A stretch of DNA of 64,000 nt from an uncultured Alphaproteobacteria bacterium (GTDB lineage Bacteria; Pseudomonadota; Alphaproteobacteria; RF32; CAG-239), in NCBI GenBank assembly GCA_944393225.1, contig CALXZK010000009.1, forward strand, positions 2,104-66,103, read 5' to 3'. The translations under genes and the position numbers were made by a program. The notes beneath the pieces are model-generated. The model saw only the letters and a list, made by a program, of their open reading frames with translations, had not been told where the DNA came from and did not search any database. Of this stretch, positions 36,397 to 45,834 are shown piece by piece. Numbering within the stretch: the first letter of the stretch is position 1; each line of letters starts with the position of its first letter.

Positions 36397-39300
36397 CTAA
36401 AGTTCCTTTATGGTTGTTACCCCCAAGATGGCTCTGATTTTGCTCATGGTATCGTTCACAAAAGCAAAACCGCCGGCGAGTTCTATTCTGACATCCCATT
36501 CGGGGACGTCCGGTTTGATATAAATTTTGTTCACCCCGTTATTATCGTGGCGCAAAACTTCATGTATCGGTTTAACCGCGGTCACATCGTTGACATAAAT
36601 AATCAGCCCGCTTGAAACATTGGCAATGGCTTGGTCTAAGGTTTCGACCAAGTTTATCATCGTGCGCGGCATGGCTTCTTCATTTTCTTTGGTGATAGAC
36701 ACGCTCACCAATAGCGGCAAACCGGAATTGATAACCTCTTCATATTTTGCCAAACCATCAGAGAAAAGCAGTCCCTCAAAATTGCTGCTGCCGTCTGATA
36801 ATTGCAAGAAGGCATATTTGTTACCCGATTTACTGATACGTTTTTGGAAGGAGGTAACACAACCGGCTAACTTGGCACGAATATTATCTCCGACACGCAC
36901 GCCGCTATAAACCTCGGCAGCAGGCTTAACACCCAATTTTTCCATACCTTCGTGATAACTATCCAAGGGGTGAGCCGAAATATAAAAACCGATAGCTTCT
37001 GCTTCTACCTTCAATTTCTCCAATTCCGGCCAATCGGGTTTATCTGCCAACTTCACTTTGGTATGCAGCTCTTCGGTTCCAAAGAGTGATGCTTGCGAAC
37101 TGGTCTTGAGCTCGGTTGAAGAATAAATATGTTGCATAATGGTTTCAATATTGGCAAAAATCTTACCGCGATTTTTTTCCAAACAATCAAAAGCTCCGGC
37201 TTTGCAGAGTTGCTCCATCTGGCGGCGGTTAATTTGTTTGAAATCGGTACGGTGGATGAAGTCCGACATATCTTTATACGGACCGTGTTTTTTTCTCTCT
37301 TCCACAATACTTTGCATATTGGCGGCACCCACACCTTTGATGGCACCCAAGGCATAGCGAATGTTGCCGTTTTCAACCGCAAAGTCGGCTTCGGAATGGT
37401 TAATATCCGGCGGCAAGACCTTAAAGCCAAGTTTTTTGCATTCTTCTTTATAACCTTGCAATTTATCTACGTTGGTCATATCCAAGGTCATAACGGCGCA
37501 CATAAAAGCAACCGGATGGTGCGCCTTCAAATATGCGGTTTGGTAAGACACCAAAGAATAAGCCGCCGCGTGAGATTTGTTAAAACCATAAGACGCAAAT
37601 TTTTCCATTTGGTCGAAAATGGCCGTTGCCGTGGCTTCGGGAATGCCTTTTTTCAAAGCACCTTCGGTAAACATGGCGCGTTGCTTCGGAATCTCATCGC
37701 GCATTTTTTTACCCATAACCTTACGGAGCTTATCCGCACCGCCCATGGTATAGCCACCCAAAACCTGCGCAATTTTCATAACTTGCTCTTGGTATACCAT
37801 AATACCATAGGTTTCGCCCAAAATCGGCGCTAAATCGGGGTGGAGATAGGTAATTTCTTCTTCACCGTGCTTACGTTTAATATAAGTCGGAATGTTGTCC
37901 ATCGGGCCCGGACGATAGAGGGACACGATAGCGATTAAATCTTCAAAACGGTCAGGACGGATTTGTTTGTGAACATCTTTCATACCCGGAGATTCAAATT
38001 GGAACACTGCCGTGGTATCACCGCGAGAGAGCATTTGGTAAGTGTCTTTGTCATCTAGCGGAATATTATCAATGTCTAAATCTATTCCCTCACTGATTTT
38101 GACCCAATCGACGGCTTTTTTGATGACAGTTAAGGTTTTCAAACCCAAAAAGTCAAACTTAATCAAGCCGGTTTCTTCCACAAACTTCATATCATATTGA
38201 GTAACCGGCATATCTGCCTTAGGATCTTTATACAAAGGCACAAGCTCATCTAACGGGCGGTCTCCGATTACCACGCCGGCTGCGTGCATACCGGACTGAC
38301 GATACAAGCCCTCAAGCTTCATGCCAATATCAAACAGCTTATTAATCTGCGGGTCGTTTTGGCGCATTTCTTCGAGTTCCGGAACTTGCTCCAAAGACTC
38401 TTTCAATGTGGGGTTTTTACCTTGAACCCCGGGGGGAATCATCTTAGAAATTTTATCTGCCTGAGCATAAGGCATTTGCAAAACGCGCGCCACATCGCGG
38501 ATTACGTTTTTGGCTTGCAATTTACCATAGGTGATAATTTGCGCCACATGGTCAAAACCATATTTGTTTTGCACATATTCAATGGTCTTGTAGCGGTTTT
38601 CTTGGCAGAAGTCGACGTCAAAGTCAGGCATGTTAACACGTTCAGGGTTCAAGAAACGCTCGAACAGCAAGTCTAACTTCAACGGATCCAAATCAGTAAT
38701 TTTCAAAGACCAAGCCACAATGGAGCCTGCACCGGAACCACGTCCGGGACCAACCGGCACGCCATGCCCTTTCGACCAACGGATAAAGTCGGACACGATT
38801 AAGAAGTAGCCGGGGAAGCCCATTTTTTTGATAACGCTCAACTCATATTCCAAGCGGGCATAATAGCGCTCATCAATTTCCTTTTTTTCTTCCGGCGTCA
38901 TGCCTTCATAATAGACATGAACCTTCATGCGCTCGTTCAAGCCTTTATAGGCTTCTTCGGTAATGAACTCATCCTGTGTTCTACCGCCTGGACATTCAAA
39001 AATCGGCAACAATGGCTGAACTTTTTGTGAAATAAAGTTGCAGCGCATGGCAATATTAACGGTGTTTTCTATGGCTTCGGGCAAATCTTTGAAAAGCTCA
39101 ATCATCTCCTCAGAGCTACGGAGGCGGTTGTTCGGCGAAAATTTGCGGCGGTTTTCATTGGCTACATATTCACCTTCGGCAATACAAATCAAAGCATCGT
39201 GCGCTTCATACATTTCGGCATTCATGAAGTAGGCTTCGTTTGTTGCCACTAAAGGAATGTTGTATTTATAAGCCCAGTCGACAAAGGTGTCTTCGGTCTT

Positions 39301-39867
39301 TTTTTCTTGCTCCAAGCCGATACGGGAGATTTCCATATACAGGCGGTTGCCAAATATTTCATGCAGCTTAACGATATGTGCTTCCGCTTCTTCTCTACGG
39401 TTTTCAAGGAGCAAGCGTCCGACTTGTCCTTCCCAACCACCGGTTAAGCAAATCAAACCTTCATTTAGTTCTTCCAAATCGCTCATTTTGAGCTGAGCAC
39501 GCTCGCCTTTGGGCGGATTGTCCAAATAGGAGCGTTTCATCAAGTGCATGAGGTTTTTATAACCGGTTTCATTCATCACCAAAATAATAATTTTATCCGG
39601 CTCAATTACGCGTCCTTTAGACTTTAACAAATCATCGGCATCGGGATTACGCAAAAAGAACTGCGTACCAAGAATCGGCTTTACACCTTCATCGGAGGCA
39701 TATTTTGACAAAGCCTTACCGCAAAACAAATTGGCGGTATCGGTAATGGCAATGGCGGGAATGTTGTTATCGTGCATATAGTGGATTAATTTGGGCACAA
39801 GAATAGCGCCTTCCGATAATGAATATGCGGAATGAACGCGTAAATGAACAAATTTTGGTGCCGACAT
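36397..39867 (-). CDS. dnaE: DNA polymerase III alpha subunit
   Basis: PHP N-terminus (FVHLRVHSAYSLSEGA), PDFDVDF and the FESPGM region. Length is 1156 aa. Confidence 0.97.
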   Translation of the reverse strand: MSAPKFVHLRVHSAYSLSEGAILVPKLIHYMHDNNIPAIAITDTANLFCGKALSKYASDEGVKPILGTQFFLRNPDADDLLKSKGRVIEPDKIIILVMNETGYKNLMHLMKRSYLDNPPKGERAQLKMSDLEELNEGLICLTGGWEGQVGRLLLENRREEAEAHIVKLHEIFGNRLYMEISRIGLEQEKKTEDTFVDWAYKYNIPLVATNEAYFMNAEMYEAHDALICIAEGEYVANENRRKFSPNNRLRSSEEMIELFKDLPEAIENTVNIAMRCNFISQKVQPLLPIFECPGGRTQDEFITEEAYKGLNERMKVHVYYEGMTPEEKKEIDERYYARLEYELSVIKKMGFPGYFLIVSDFIRWSKGHGVPVGPGRGSGAGSIVAWSLKITDLDPLKLDLLFERFLNPERVNMPDFDVDFCQENRYKTIEYVQNKYGFDHVAQIITYGKLQAKNVIRDVARVLQMPYAQADKISKMIPPGVQGKNPTLKESLEQVPELEEMRQNDPQINKLFDIGMKLEGLYRQSGMHAAGVVIGDRPLDELVPLYKDPKADMPVTQYDMKFVEETGLIKFDFLGLKTLTVIKKAVDWVKISEGIDLDIDNIPLDDKDTYQMLSRGDTTAVFQFESPGMKDVHKQIRPDRFEDLIAIVSLYRPGPMDNIPTYIKRKHGEEEITYLHPDLAPILGETYGIMVYQEQVMKIAQVLGGYTMGGADKLRKVMGKKMRDEIPKQRAMFTEGALKKGIPEATATAIFDQMEKFASYGFNKSHAAAYSLVSYQTAYLKAHHPVAFMCAVMTLDMTNVDKLQGYKEECKKLGFKVLPPDINHSEADFAVENGNIRYALGAIKGVGAANMQSIVEERKKHGPYKDMSDFIHRTDFKQINRRQMEQLCKAGAFDCLEKNRGKIFANIETIMQHIYSSTELKTSSQASLFGTEELHTKVKLADKPDWPELEKLKVEAEAIGFYISAHPLDSYHEGMEKLGVKPAAEVYSGVRVGDNIRAKLAGCVTSFQKRISKSGNKYAFLQLSDGSSNFEGLLFSDGLAKYEEVINSGLPLLVSVSITKENEEAMPRTMINLVETLDQAIANVSSGLIIYVNDVTAVKPIHEVLRHDNNGVNKIYIKPDVPEWDVRIELAGGFAFVNDTMSKIRAILGVTTIKEL

Positions 39868-39958
39868 GTAATCCCTTTTATCTAAGAAAATTTTCTTTTC
39901 CGATTATAGCAACTTTGTTTGCTCTGGCAACCACAAAAATTAATATATCATTACAAAA

Positions 39959-42394
39959 TTAACGTTCGTAGCTATCTATCTTCTGCAAAGACGTTTGATT
40001 GTTTTTTATTTGTTCTTGCCGAGAATCTATTGCTTGAGGTTGCAGATTTTCATTTATTCCATGTCTTAGATTATAAAGATATTTGCCAAAATCATGAGAA
40101 GATGTTTTTAAATTATCTTCCTGCTTCTCTGGATTTATGTTTTCAATTATATTTTTATCTTGAGAACTTTCTTTACTAAAAGAAACGCCCATTTCTTGTG
40201 AAAACTGCTCTGGAGAAACGTATATTGCTTTTCCTATATTATCTCCAAATTTTTCAATCAATTCTTCTTTTTTATCTAACGGAGCTATTATTTTGGCAAC
40301 ACCATCTTCTTCTATCATCAAGGGAATATTGGGAAGTGTCTTGTTTTCTTGTTTTACCTGATTAAAAAATTCTGTTGAATCATTAACCATTAAAACCCCT
40401 ACATTTTTGCAATCACATTTTTCAAGAAAAGACAATTCTTTGCTATCATTAATAGAAAACGCACCATCAAGCGCAATCGAAGCTCCTTCCGGAATGTTTA
40501 ATTTTGATATGCCTTCTATTTCTGTTCCCAAACCTTTAAACTGGATATTATCTATAGCTTGAAAATCATAGCGATCTTTATAAGCAACTATTTTCTCCAA
40601 CATTTCATTACCGACGCTACAATTTCCTTGAAATTTGATTTTTTCATCAAATGATATATTGTTTAGTCCTATATTATTTAATGAATCTATTTCTGCATCC
40701 TTAAATACATAGCTTGTGTCTGAGGATTCATTTTCTGTTATGACACACGGTATTTTGTCTTCTCTGCTAGCGGATAATTCCTTATAGTCCTCAATACTTG
40801 AAAAACTTAAAAGCTTTATACCTGATATATCAATGCTATTTTTATCTTTAATCAAATTAATGTCTGATATTGAAAAATAGCCAGACAATTTAATTTGTTT
40901 TGCTGTTTGTATATGTTCGTCGGTTAAAAATCCATCTAATGATGTTGATGCTTTATCCGATAATAATGTTAATTCTGTCTGGCTTAAATCTACCCCTTTA
41001 TTTACCTGAGAATCTTTTAAAATAATTGATGAAGGAACAATTGCTCCATTTTGCAATGTCGAATTTTCTAAATACAACTCATCAACCGAGGAAAAATCTT
41101 CTTGGCATACATGGTTAACTATTCGTGCTTTTTTTATATGCAATTCATTGATACATTCTGGAATAGCTGTTTTTTCATCAAAAGAAACTTGTTTTTCTAT
41201 TAGATATTTACCATTACTATCCGTAGACACTTCTGCTTCTAAAAAATTACTTTTAACATAGTCTTGCGGGGAAATATGTTTATCGTAGTGAAATTCTTCT
41301 AAAGGATTTTCTCGGCTATATGGAATTATCGCCGAGGGATCATCTTTTTCTAAAAGCTCTTTCTGCTTATTTCCTCGTTGTCTCATAAATTCGTTGCTTG
41401 CCAGAGAATATCCTTTATGCAATTCCATAAAATCTTTCCATTCAGAATTTATATATTCTCCCTTTTCTCCCGCAATTTTATAGACATCATTTCCGTTTAC
41501 AATATATATGCTATCTATTTCATTTCTATGCGAAAAGACATCTGTTTCATATGTTCCCTCTGATTTTTGCCCACATTCTATCATCGATGCGGCGTAAATC
41601 TTTTGATCTGGTGTTGCTTTGTAACCAACCAAAAAACCATAATCTCCCGTATTGAACCCATTGACACCTTTGGCATAACCTTGAGCCGTTAACATGCTCG
41701 GCGTTGCATATATCAAATCTCTATTTCTGCGGACATTTATAATTTCATAGGGATTACAAGTGCGTCCGCTATATATAACAGATGGATTATCTTTTTGCTG
41801 AGCATCAATTTCTGCTGCATTTATTTTTGGTAAGGTTGATAAACTTTCTAACTGTTTGGATATAAAAGAACTTACACTATAACCTTGCTCTGCAAGACGT
41901 TTGGATACTTCTGAATTTTCGTTATTCTTTAATACATCTATGCTTTGTTGCTTTTTATCAGTATAATAAGTAAAATTTTCTTTTGTTTTTGGCAATGCAT
42001 AGCCATTTATTCTTTGCCCTTTGTCATAAAGAACATCCACAATATCTGTCGTGGCTTTTAATGCATCTTCAGCATCCATAATTGGTGTGCTAATACCACT
42101 TTCATCAACAACAAAACGGTTAGGCTCTGCTGCCTGAGGACAATTATAAGGAACTGCATCTATTCCTTTTTCTCTCAATATATTAACAATATTAAGAACA
42201 TCATTATTTTTCTTAGTCTGAATTCCGCCTACATCAAAAAATGATGCTAAGCCTAAAGAAACTGACACTCCGCCTTCTAATCCTTCAAAATTGTGATAAA
42301 TGACTTTTTTCACATAATAATCATTTTCTGATTTTGAAATTATTTCATTAACTTTTTCTGACGATAATTTAGCACTCATGACTAGGACTTTCAT
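39959..42394 (-). CDS. large hypothetical protein, 811 aa, no recognisable domain
   Basis: Long uninterrupted ORF with its own transcription unit, separated from prfA by a terminator. AT-rich relative to its neighbours. Confidence 0.6.
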   Translation of the reverse strand: MKVLVMSAKLSSEKVNEIISKSENDYYVKKVIYHNFEGLEGGVSVSLGLASFFDVGGIQTKKNNDVLNIVNILREKGIDAVPYNCPQAAEPNRFVVDESGISTPIMDAEDALKATTDIVDVLYDKGQRINGYALPKTKENFTYYTDKKQQSIDVLKNNENSEVSKRLAEQGYSVSSFISKQLESLSTLPKINAAEIDAQQKDNPSVIYSGRTCNPYEIINVRRNRDLIYATPSMLTAQGYAKGVNGFNTGDYGFLVGYKATPDQKIYAASMIECGQKSEGTYETDVFSHRNEIDSIYIVNGNDVYKIAGEKGEYINSEWKDFMELHKGYSLASNEFMRQRGNKQKELLEKDDPSAIIPYSRENPLEEFHYDKHISPQDYVKSNFLEAEVSTDSNGKYLIEKQVSFDEKTAIPECINELHIKKARIVNHVCQEDFSSVDELYLENSTLQNGAIVPSSIILKDSQVNKGVDLSQTELTLLSDKASTSLDGFLTDEHIQTAKQIKLSGYFSISDINLIKDKNSIDISGIKLLSFSSIEDYKELSASREDKIPCVITENESSDTSYVFKDAEIDSLNNIGLNNISFDEKIKFQGNCSVGNEMLEKIVAYKDRYDFQAIDNIQFKGLGTEIEGISKLNIPEGASIALDGAFSINDSKELSFLEKCDCKNVGVLMVNDSTEFFNQVKQENKTLPNIPLMIEEDGVAKIIAPLDKKEELIEKFGDNIGKAIYVSPEQFSQEMGVSFSKESSQDKNIIENINPEKQEDNLKTSSHDFGKYLYNLRHGINENLQPQAIDSRQEQIKNNQTSLQKIDSYER

Positions 42395-42419
42395 TCGTTA
42401 TATCTAATATATTATTATA

Positions 42420-42455
42420 CAAAAAAAGATTTCAAAATTGAAATCTTTTTTTTTG
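42420..42455. terminator. bidirectional rho-independent terminator after prfA
   Basis: AGATTTCAA/TTGAAATCT stem flanked by A7 and T9 tracts. Confidence 0.7.
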
Positions 42456-42463
42456 TATTTAGA

Positions 42464-43537
42464 TTAATCTAATTCAGAGAGCTTTTGTGCCTGATCTTCG
42501 GTTATCAAAGCATCTATAATCTCATCCAAAGCATCGCCGGAAACGACCTCATCCAACTTATACAAAGTCAGGTTAATGCGGTGGTCGGTCACGCGTCCTT
42601 GCGGATAGTTATAGGTTCTGATTCTCTCAGATCTATCACCGGAGCCAACTTGCAATTTTCTTTTTTCAGAATACGCCGAATCGATACTTGCTTTTTGCAT
42701 ATCATACAACTTAGCGCGCAAGTGGTTCATGGCTTTTTCTTTGTTCTTATATTGTGAACGGTCATCTTGGCACTGAACAACAACACCGGTCGGAATGTGG
42801 GTGATACGTACCGCAGACTCGGTTCTGTTTACGTGTTGTCCGCCGGCACCTGATGCGCGGTAAACATCAATTTTCAAATCTGCCGGATTGATGTACATAT
42901 CCACTTCTTCAATCTCGGGCAAAACGGCAACCGTTGCCGCAGAAGTGTGAACGCGACCTTGAGATTCCGTTACTGGAACACGTTGTACTCGATGCGCACC
43001 GGACTCAAATTTCAGTCTGGCAAAAACATCTTTACCGGTAATTTTGGCTGTGGCTTCTTTATAACCGCCCAACTCGTTTTCGGTTACATCGTTAACCTCA
43101 AACTTCCAGCCCATTTTTTGTGAATAGCGTTGATACATTTCAAACAAAACTGCCGCAAACAATGCAGCTTCATCACCACCGGTACCGGCTCTGACTTCCA
43201 AAATGGCGTTCTTTTCATCTTCTTCATCTTTGGGAAGCAGAAGAATTTTAACCTTCTTTTCCAACTCGGGCAATTTTTCTTTGAGTTCATAATACTCAGC
43301 CTCTGCCATATCACGCATTTCTTTATCTAATTCTGCATCTTCCATCATGGCTTTGGCATCGTTCATATTTTGCTCGGCATGGCGCATTTCGTTAACGGCT
43401 TCAACAACCGGTGTTAAAGCTGCCAACTCTTTATTCATGCGCACCAAATCTTCCGAGCTGATATTCGGCTCAGACAACAATGCCTGAATTTCATCGTGGC
43501 GATTGACTACATTACTTAACTTTTCTGCAAATGACAT
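42464..43537 (-). CDS. prfA: peptide chain release factor 1
   Basis: PVT-region tripeptide and [23 protein letters not shown] (GGQ). Confidence 0.96.
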   Translation of the reverse strand: MSFAEKLSNVVNRHDEIQALLSEPNISSEDLVRMNKELAALTPVVEAVNEMRHAEQNMNDAKAMMEDAELDKEMRDMAEAEYYELKEKLPELEKKVKILLLPKDEEDEKNAILEVRAGTGGDEAALFAAVLFEMYQRYSQKMGWKFEVNDVTENELGGYKEATAKITGKDVFARLKFESGAHRVQRVPVTESQGRVHTSAATVAVLPEIEEVDMYINPADLKIDVYRASGAGGQHVNRTESAVRITHIPTGVVVQCQDDRSQYKNKEKAMNHLRAKLYDMQKASIDSAYSEKRKLQVGSGDRSERIRTYNYPQGRVTDHRINLTLYKLDEVVSGDALDEIIDALITEDQAQKLSELD

Positions 43538-43555
43538 CTATTCTTTCTTTCCTTA

Positions 43556-44632
43556 TTATCCTATTTTTTTAACTCTTTCTTCTACCAAACGAACCAATTC
43601 GTCAACAATATTTTCATTTTTAACTTTATGATCGGGCTTGCCGCCGATGAAAATCATGTTTTCACCCCCTCTTCCGCCGCAAACACCAAAGTCGGTATGT
43701 CCGGCTTCTCCGGGGCCATTGACCACGCAGCCCATAACCGCCAAGCTCAGAGGTTGATTGATATGTGCTAATCTTTCTTCCAAAGCCTCAATGGTCTTTT
43801 GAACATCATAGCCTCTTCTGGCGCAAGTCGGGCAAGAAACAATGCGAATCCCTCTGTGTCTTAAATCCAGCGCTTTCAAAATCTCGTATCCGGCTTTGAC
43901 TTCTTCTTCAACATCTGCGGTCAAAGAAACGCGCAAGGTATCACCAATACCTTCCATCAATAAAGCGCCGATACCCATGGCAGACTTGATGGTTCCGGTT
44001 CTTAAACCACCGGCTTCGGTCACGCCCAAGTGCAAAGGATAATCACAAGCAGCTGCCAATTTTTTATAAGCATCAATCATCATCATGGTGTTAGAAGATT
44101 TCACGCTGATTTTAAACTCTCTAAAATCATTATCTTCCAACATTTTGGCTTGTTCTAAAGCGCTTTCGACCAAAGCATCGGCACAAGGTTCGCCATATTT
44201 TTCCAATAATTTTTTATCCAATGACCCACCATTTACGCCAATGCGAATCGAACAACCATGGTCTTTTGCTGCTTGCACAACAGCTTTAACTCTATCTGCT
44301 CCGCCAATATTTCCGGGGTTGATTCTTAAGCAAGCGGCTCCGTTTTCGGCAGCCAGAATGCCCAAACGATAATCAAAATGGATGTCGGCAACAACCGGAA
44401 TTTTAACCTCTTTAGTGATGATTTTCAAGGCTTTTGCAGAATCTTCATCGGGACAAGAACAACGCGTGATATCGCAACCAACAGCTTCTTGTCTTTGAAT
44501 TTGTTCAATTGTGGCCTTGGCATCTGAGGTCAACGTGTTGGTCATAGACTGAACGCTAATCGGGGCATCTCCGCCGACGGCTACATTACCGACCATGATT
44601 TTGCGACTCTTGCGACGAACTATTTTTTCCAT
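43556..44632 (-). CDS. ispG: 4-hydroxy-3-methylbut-2-enyl diphosphate synthase
   Basis: [27 protein letters not shown] and GCVVNGPGE. Confidence 0.95.
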   Translation of the reverse strand: MEKIVRRKSRKIMVGNVAVGGDAPISVQSMTNTLTSDAKATIEQIQRQEAVGCDITRCSCPDEDSAKALKIITKEVKIPVVADIHFDYRLGILAAENGAACLRINPGNIGGADRVKAVVQAAKDHGCSIRIGVNGGSLDKKLLEKYGEPCADALVESALEQAKMLEDNDFREFKISVKSSNTMMMIDAYKKLAAACDYPLHLGVTEAGGLRTGTIKSAMGIGALLMEGIGDTLRVSLTADVEEEVKAGYEILKALDLRHRGIRIVSCPTCARRGYDVQKTIEALEERLAHINQPLSLAVMGCVVNGPGEAGHTDFGVCGGRGGENMIFIGGKPDHKVKNENIVDELVRLVEERVKKIG

Positions 44633-44704
44633 TTCAATTATTCCTTATATAACAAAAGGAAAATAGCAGAACAATCTGCTATTTTCCAACTTGTATAGTG
44701 TTTG

Positions 44705-45784
44705 CTAATCTTGTGCTCCGGCAATAATTTCATCAACCGAAATATTCATCTTTTTGTTCGGAGCAATTTCATAGGCTTTTTTGCCGTTATACATAATTTC
44801 AACGCCATCAGCTTTGCCTACAGACAATTTCAAATTGCTTGCTTTGGGCAAAGTATAGCTATCACCGGCTTGCAAAACCTTGCTGATGTACAAAGTTTTT
44901 TCGTTTTTAACCTCAATCCATGTTTCTTTCAAAACATTAACGGTTACGCCGCTTTTTGCCGGTTTTGCTGCTTTTTCTTGCTCGACAACAGATTGTTCTT
45001 GAGTTTCTTCTGCGTTCTTTGCGTTTTCAATAGTTTTGCTTTCAGCTTGTGTTGTTTTTTCAGCTGCCGGCTCAACAAAACTTTTATCCGTCATGGTGAC
45101 TTGTTGAGTGTTTTCTGCAGATGTAACATCGACTATCGGCAAGCTTTCTTTTTCAGCTTCTTTTGCGTCTTCACTTGCATTTTCTTCTGTTGCTTGAGTT
45201 TCAACATTGGTGCTGTAATCTTCGACTTTGAGCGGAAAATCAACATTAGCATCATCAACAACAATGGTTTCTTCTGCCGGAGCTTCTTCTGCCGGTGTTA
45301 AAATAAATTGATTATAAGCACTCCATGCTGCATAAACAGCAATCAGGGCAATCAGACTAATCAACAAATATTTGCGGTTGGGAACGGTTGCTTCAACTTG
45401 CGGCTCCATAACAAAATACGGATGATTTTTTCTGAAATCGGCCTCAGCTTCGTCTTTATACATTTTGACAATGTTGTTACCGTCCAAGCCCAAATAGTCG
45501 GCATAAGAGCGGATAAAGCCAATGCCGTAAGGATATTCGGGAATATTGTTGTAATCGCTGTTTTCGATTGCTTCCAAATAGCTTTTACGAATGCACAAAT
45601 CTTGAGAAATTTCGGCAAAGGTTTTGCCTTGTTTATTGCGCATTTCTTTTAGCAACAAGCCTACTTTTCCTTCTTCGGCTTTTTCTGCTTTTTTCTCAGC
45701 TGTTGTAACAGATGCAGGCATTGACTTTACATCTGATGCTTCTGCTTTTGCTTCTTCTTTCACTTTTTTGGTTTCTTTTGACAC
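44705..45784 (-). CDS. rodZ: RodZ-like cytoskeletal protein (HTH + TM + DUF4115), 359 aa
   Basis: HTH (LLKEMRNKQGKTFAEISQDLCIRKSYLEAIE), one TM segment, and a C-terminal DUF4115-like beta domain. Lies upstream of ispG (rodZ-ispG order), as in many proteobacteria. Confidence 0.75.
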   Translation of the reverse strand: MSKETKKVKEEAKAEASDVKSMPASVTTAEKKAEKAEEGKVGLLLKEMRNKQGKTFAEISQDLCIRKSYLEAIENSDYNNIPEYPYGIGFIRSYADYLGLDGNNIVKMYKDEAEADFRKNHPYFVMEPQVEATVPNRKYLLISLIALIAVYAAWSAYNQFILTPAEEAPAEETIVVDDANVDFPLKVEDYSTNVETQATEENASEDAKEAEKESLPIVDVTSAENTQQVTMTDKSFVEPAAEKTTQAESKTIENAKNAEETQEQSVVEQEKAAKPAKSGVTVNVLKETWIEVKNEKTLYISKVLQAGDSYTLPKASNLKLSVGKADGVEIMYNGKKAYEIAPNKKMNISVDEIIAGAQD

Positions 45785-45834
45785 TGTATATCTTCCCTTT
45801 GATATTTTATGTTTGCTTGATTGTTACACATTTT

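Noticed and set aside
35504-36499. N-terminal 35-aa extension (MGCQNRTRRRFCFCERY...) of the membrane protein ORF
   Set aside because: It overlaps the dnaE 3' end in another frame and is Arg/Cys-rich. An internal ATG sits 2 nt after the dnaE stop and gives a sensible start.
37129-37833. 234-aa plus-strand ORF, and other ORFs, antisense to dnaE
   Set aside because: They lie within a highly conserved dnaE coding region. Open antisense frames like these are typical of the more GC-rich core genes.
44702-45301. 199-aa plus-strand Cys/Phe-rich ORF
   Set aside because: It is antisense to the acidic linker of rodZ. Its composition (runs of F and C) is a mirror artefact of GAA/GCA-rich coding sequence.
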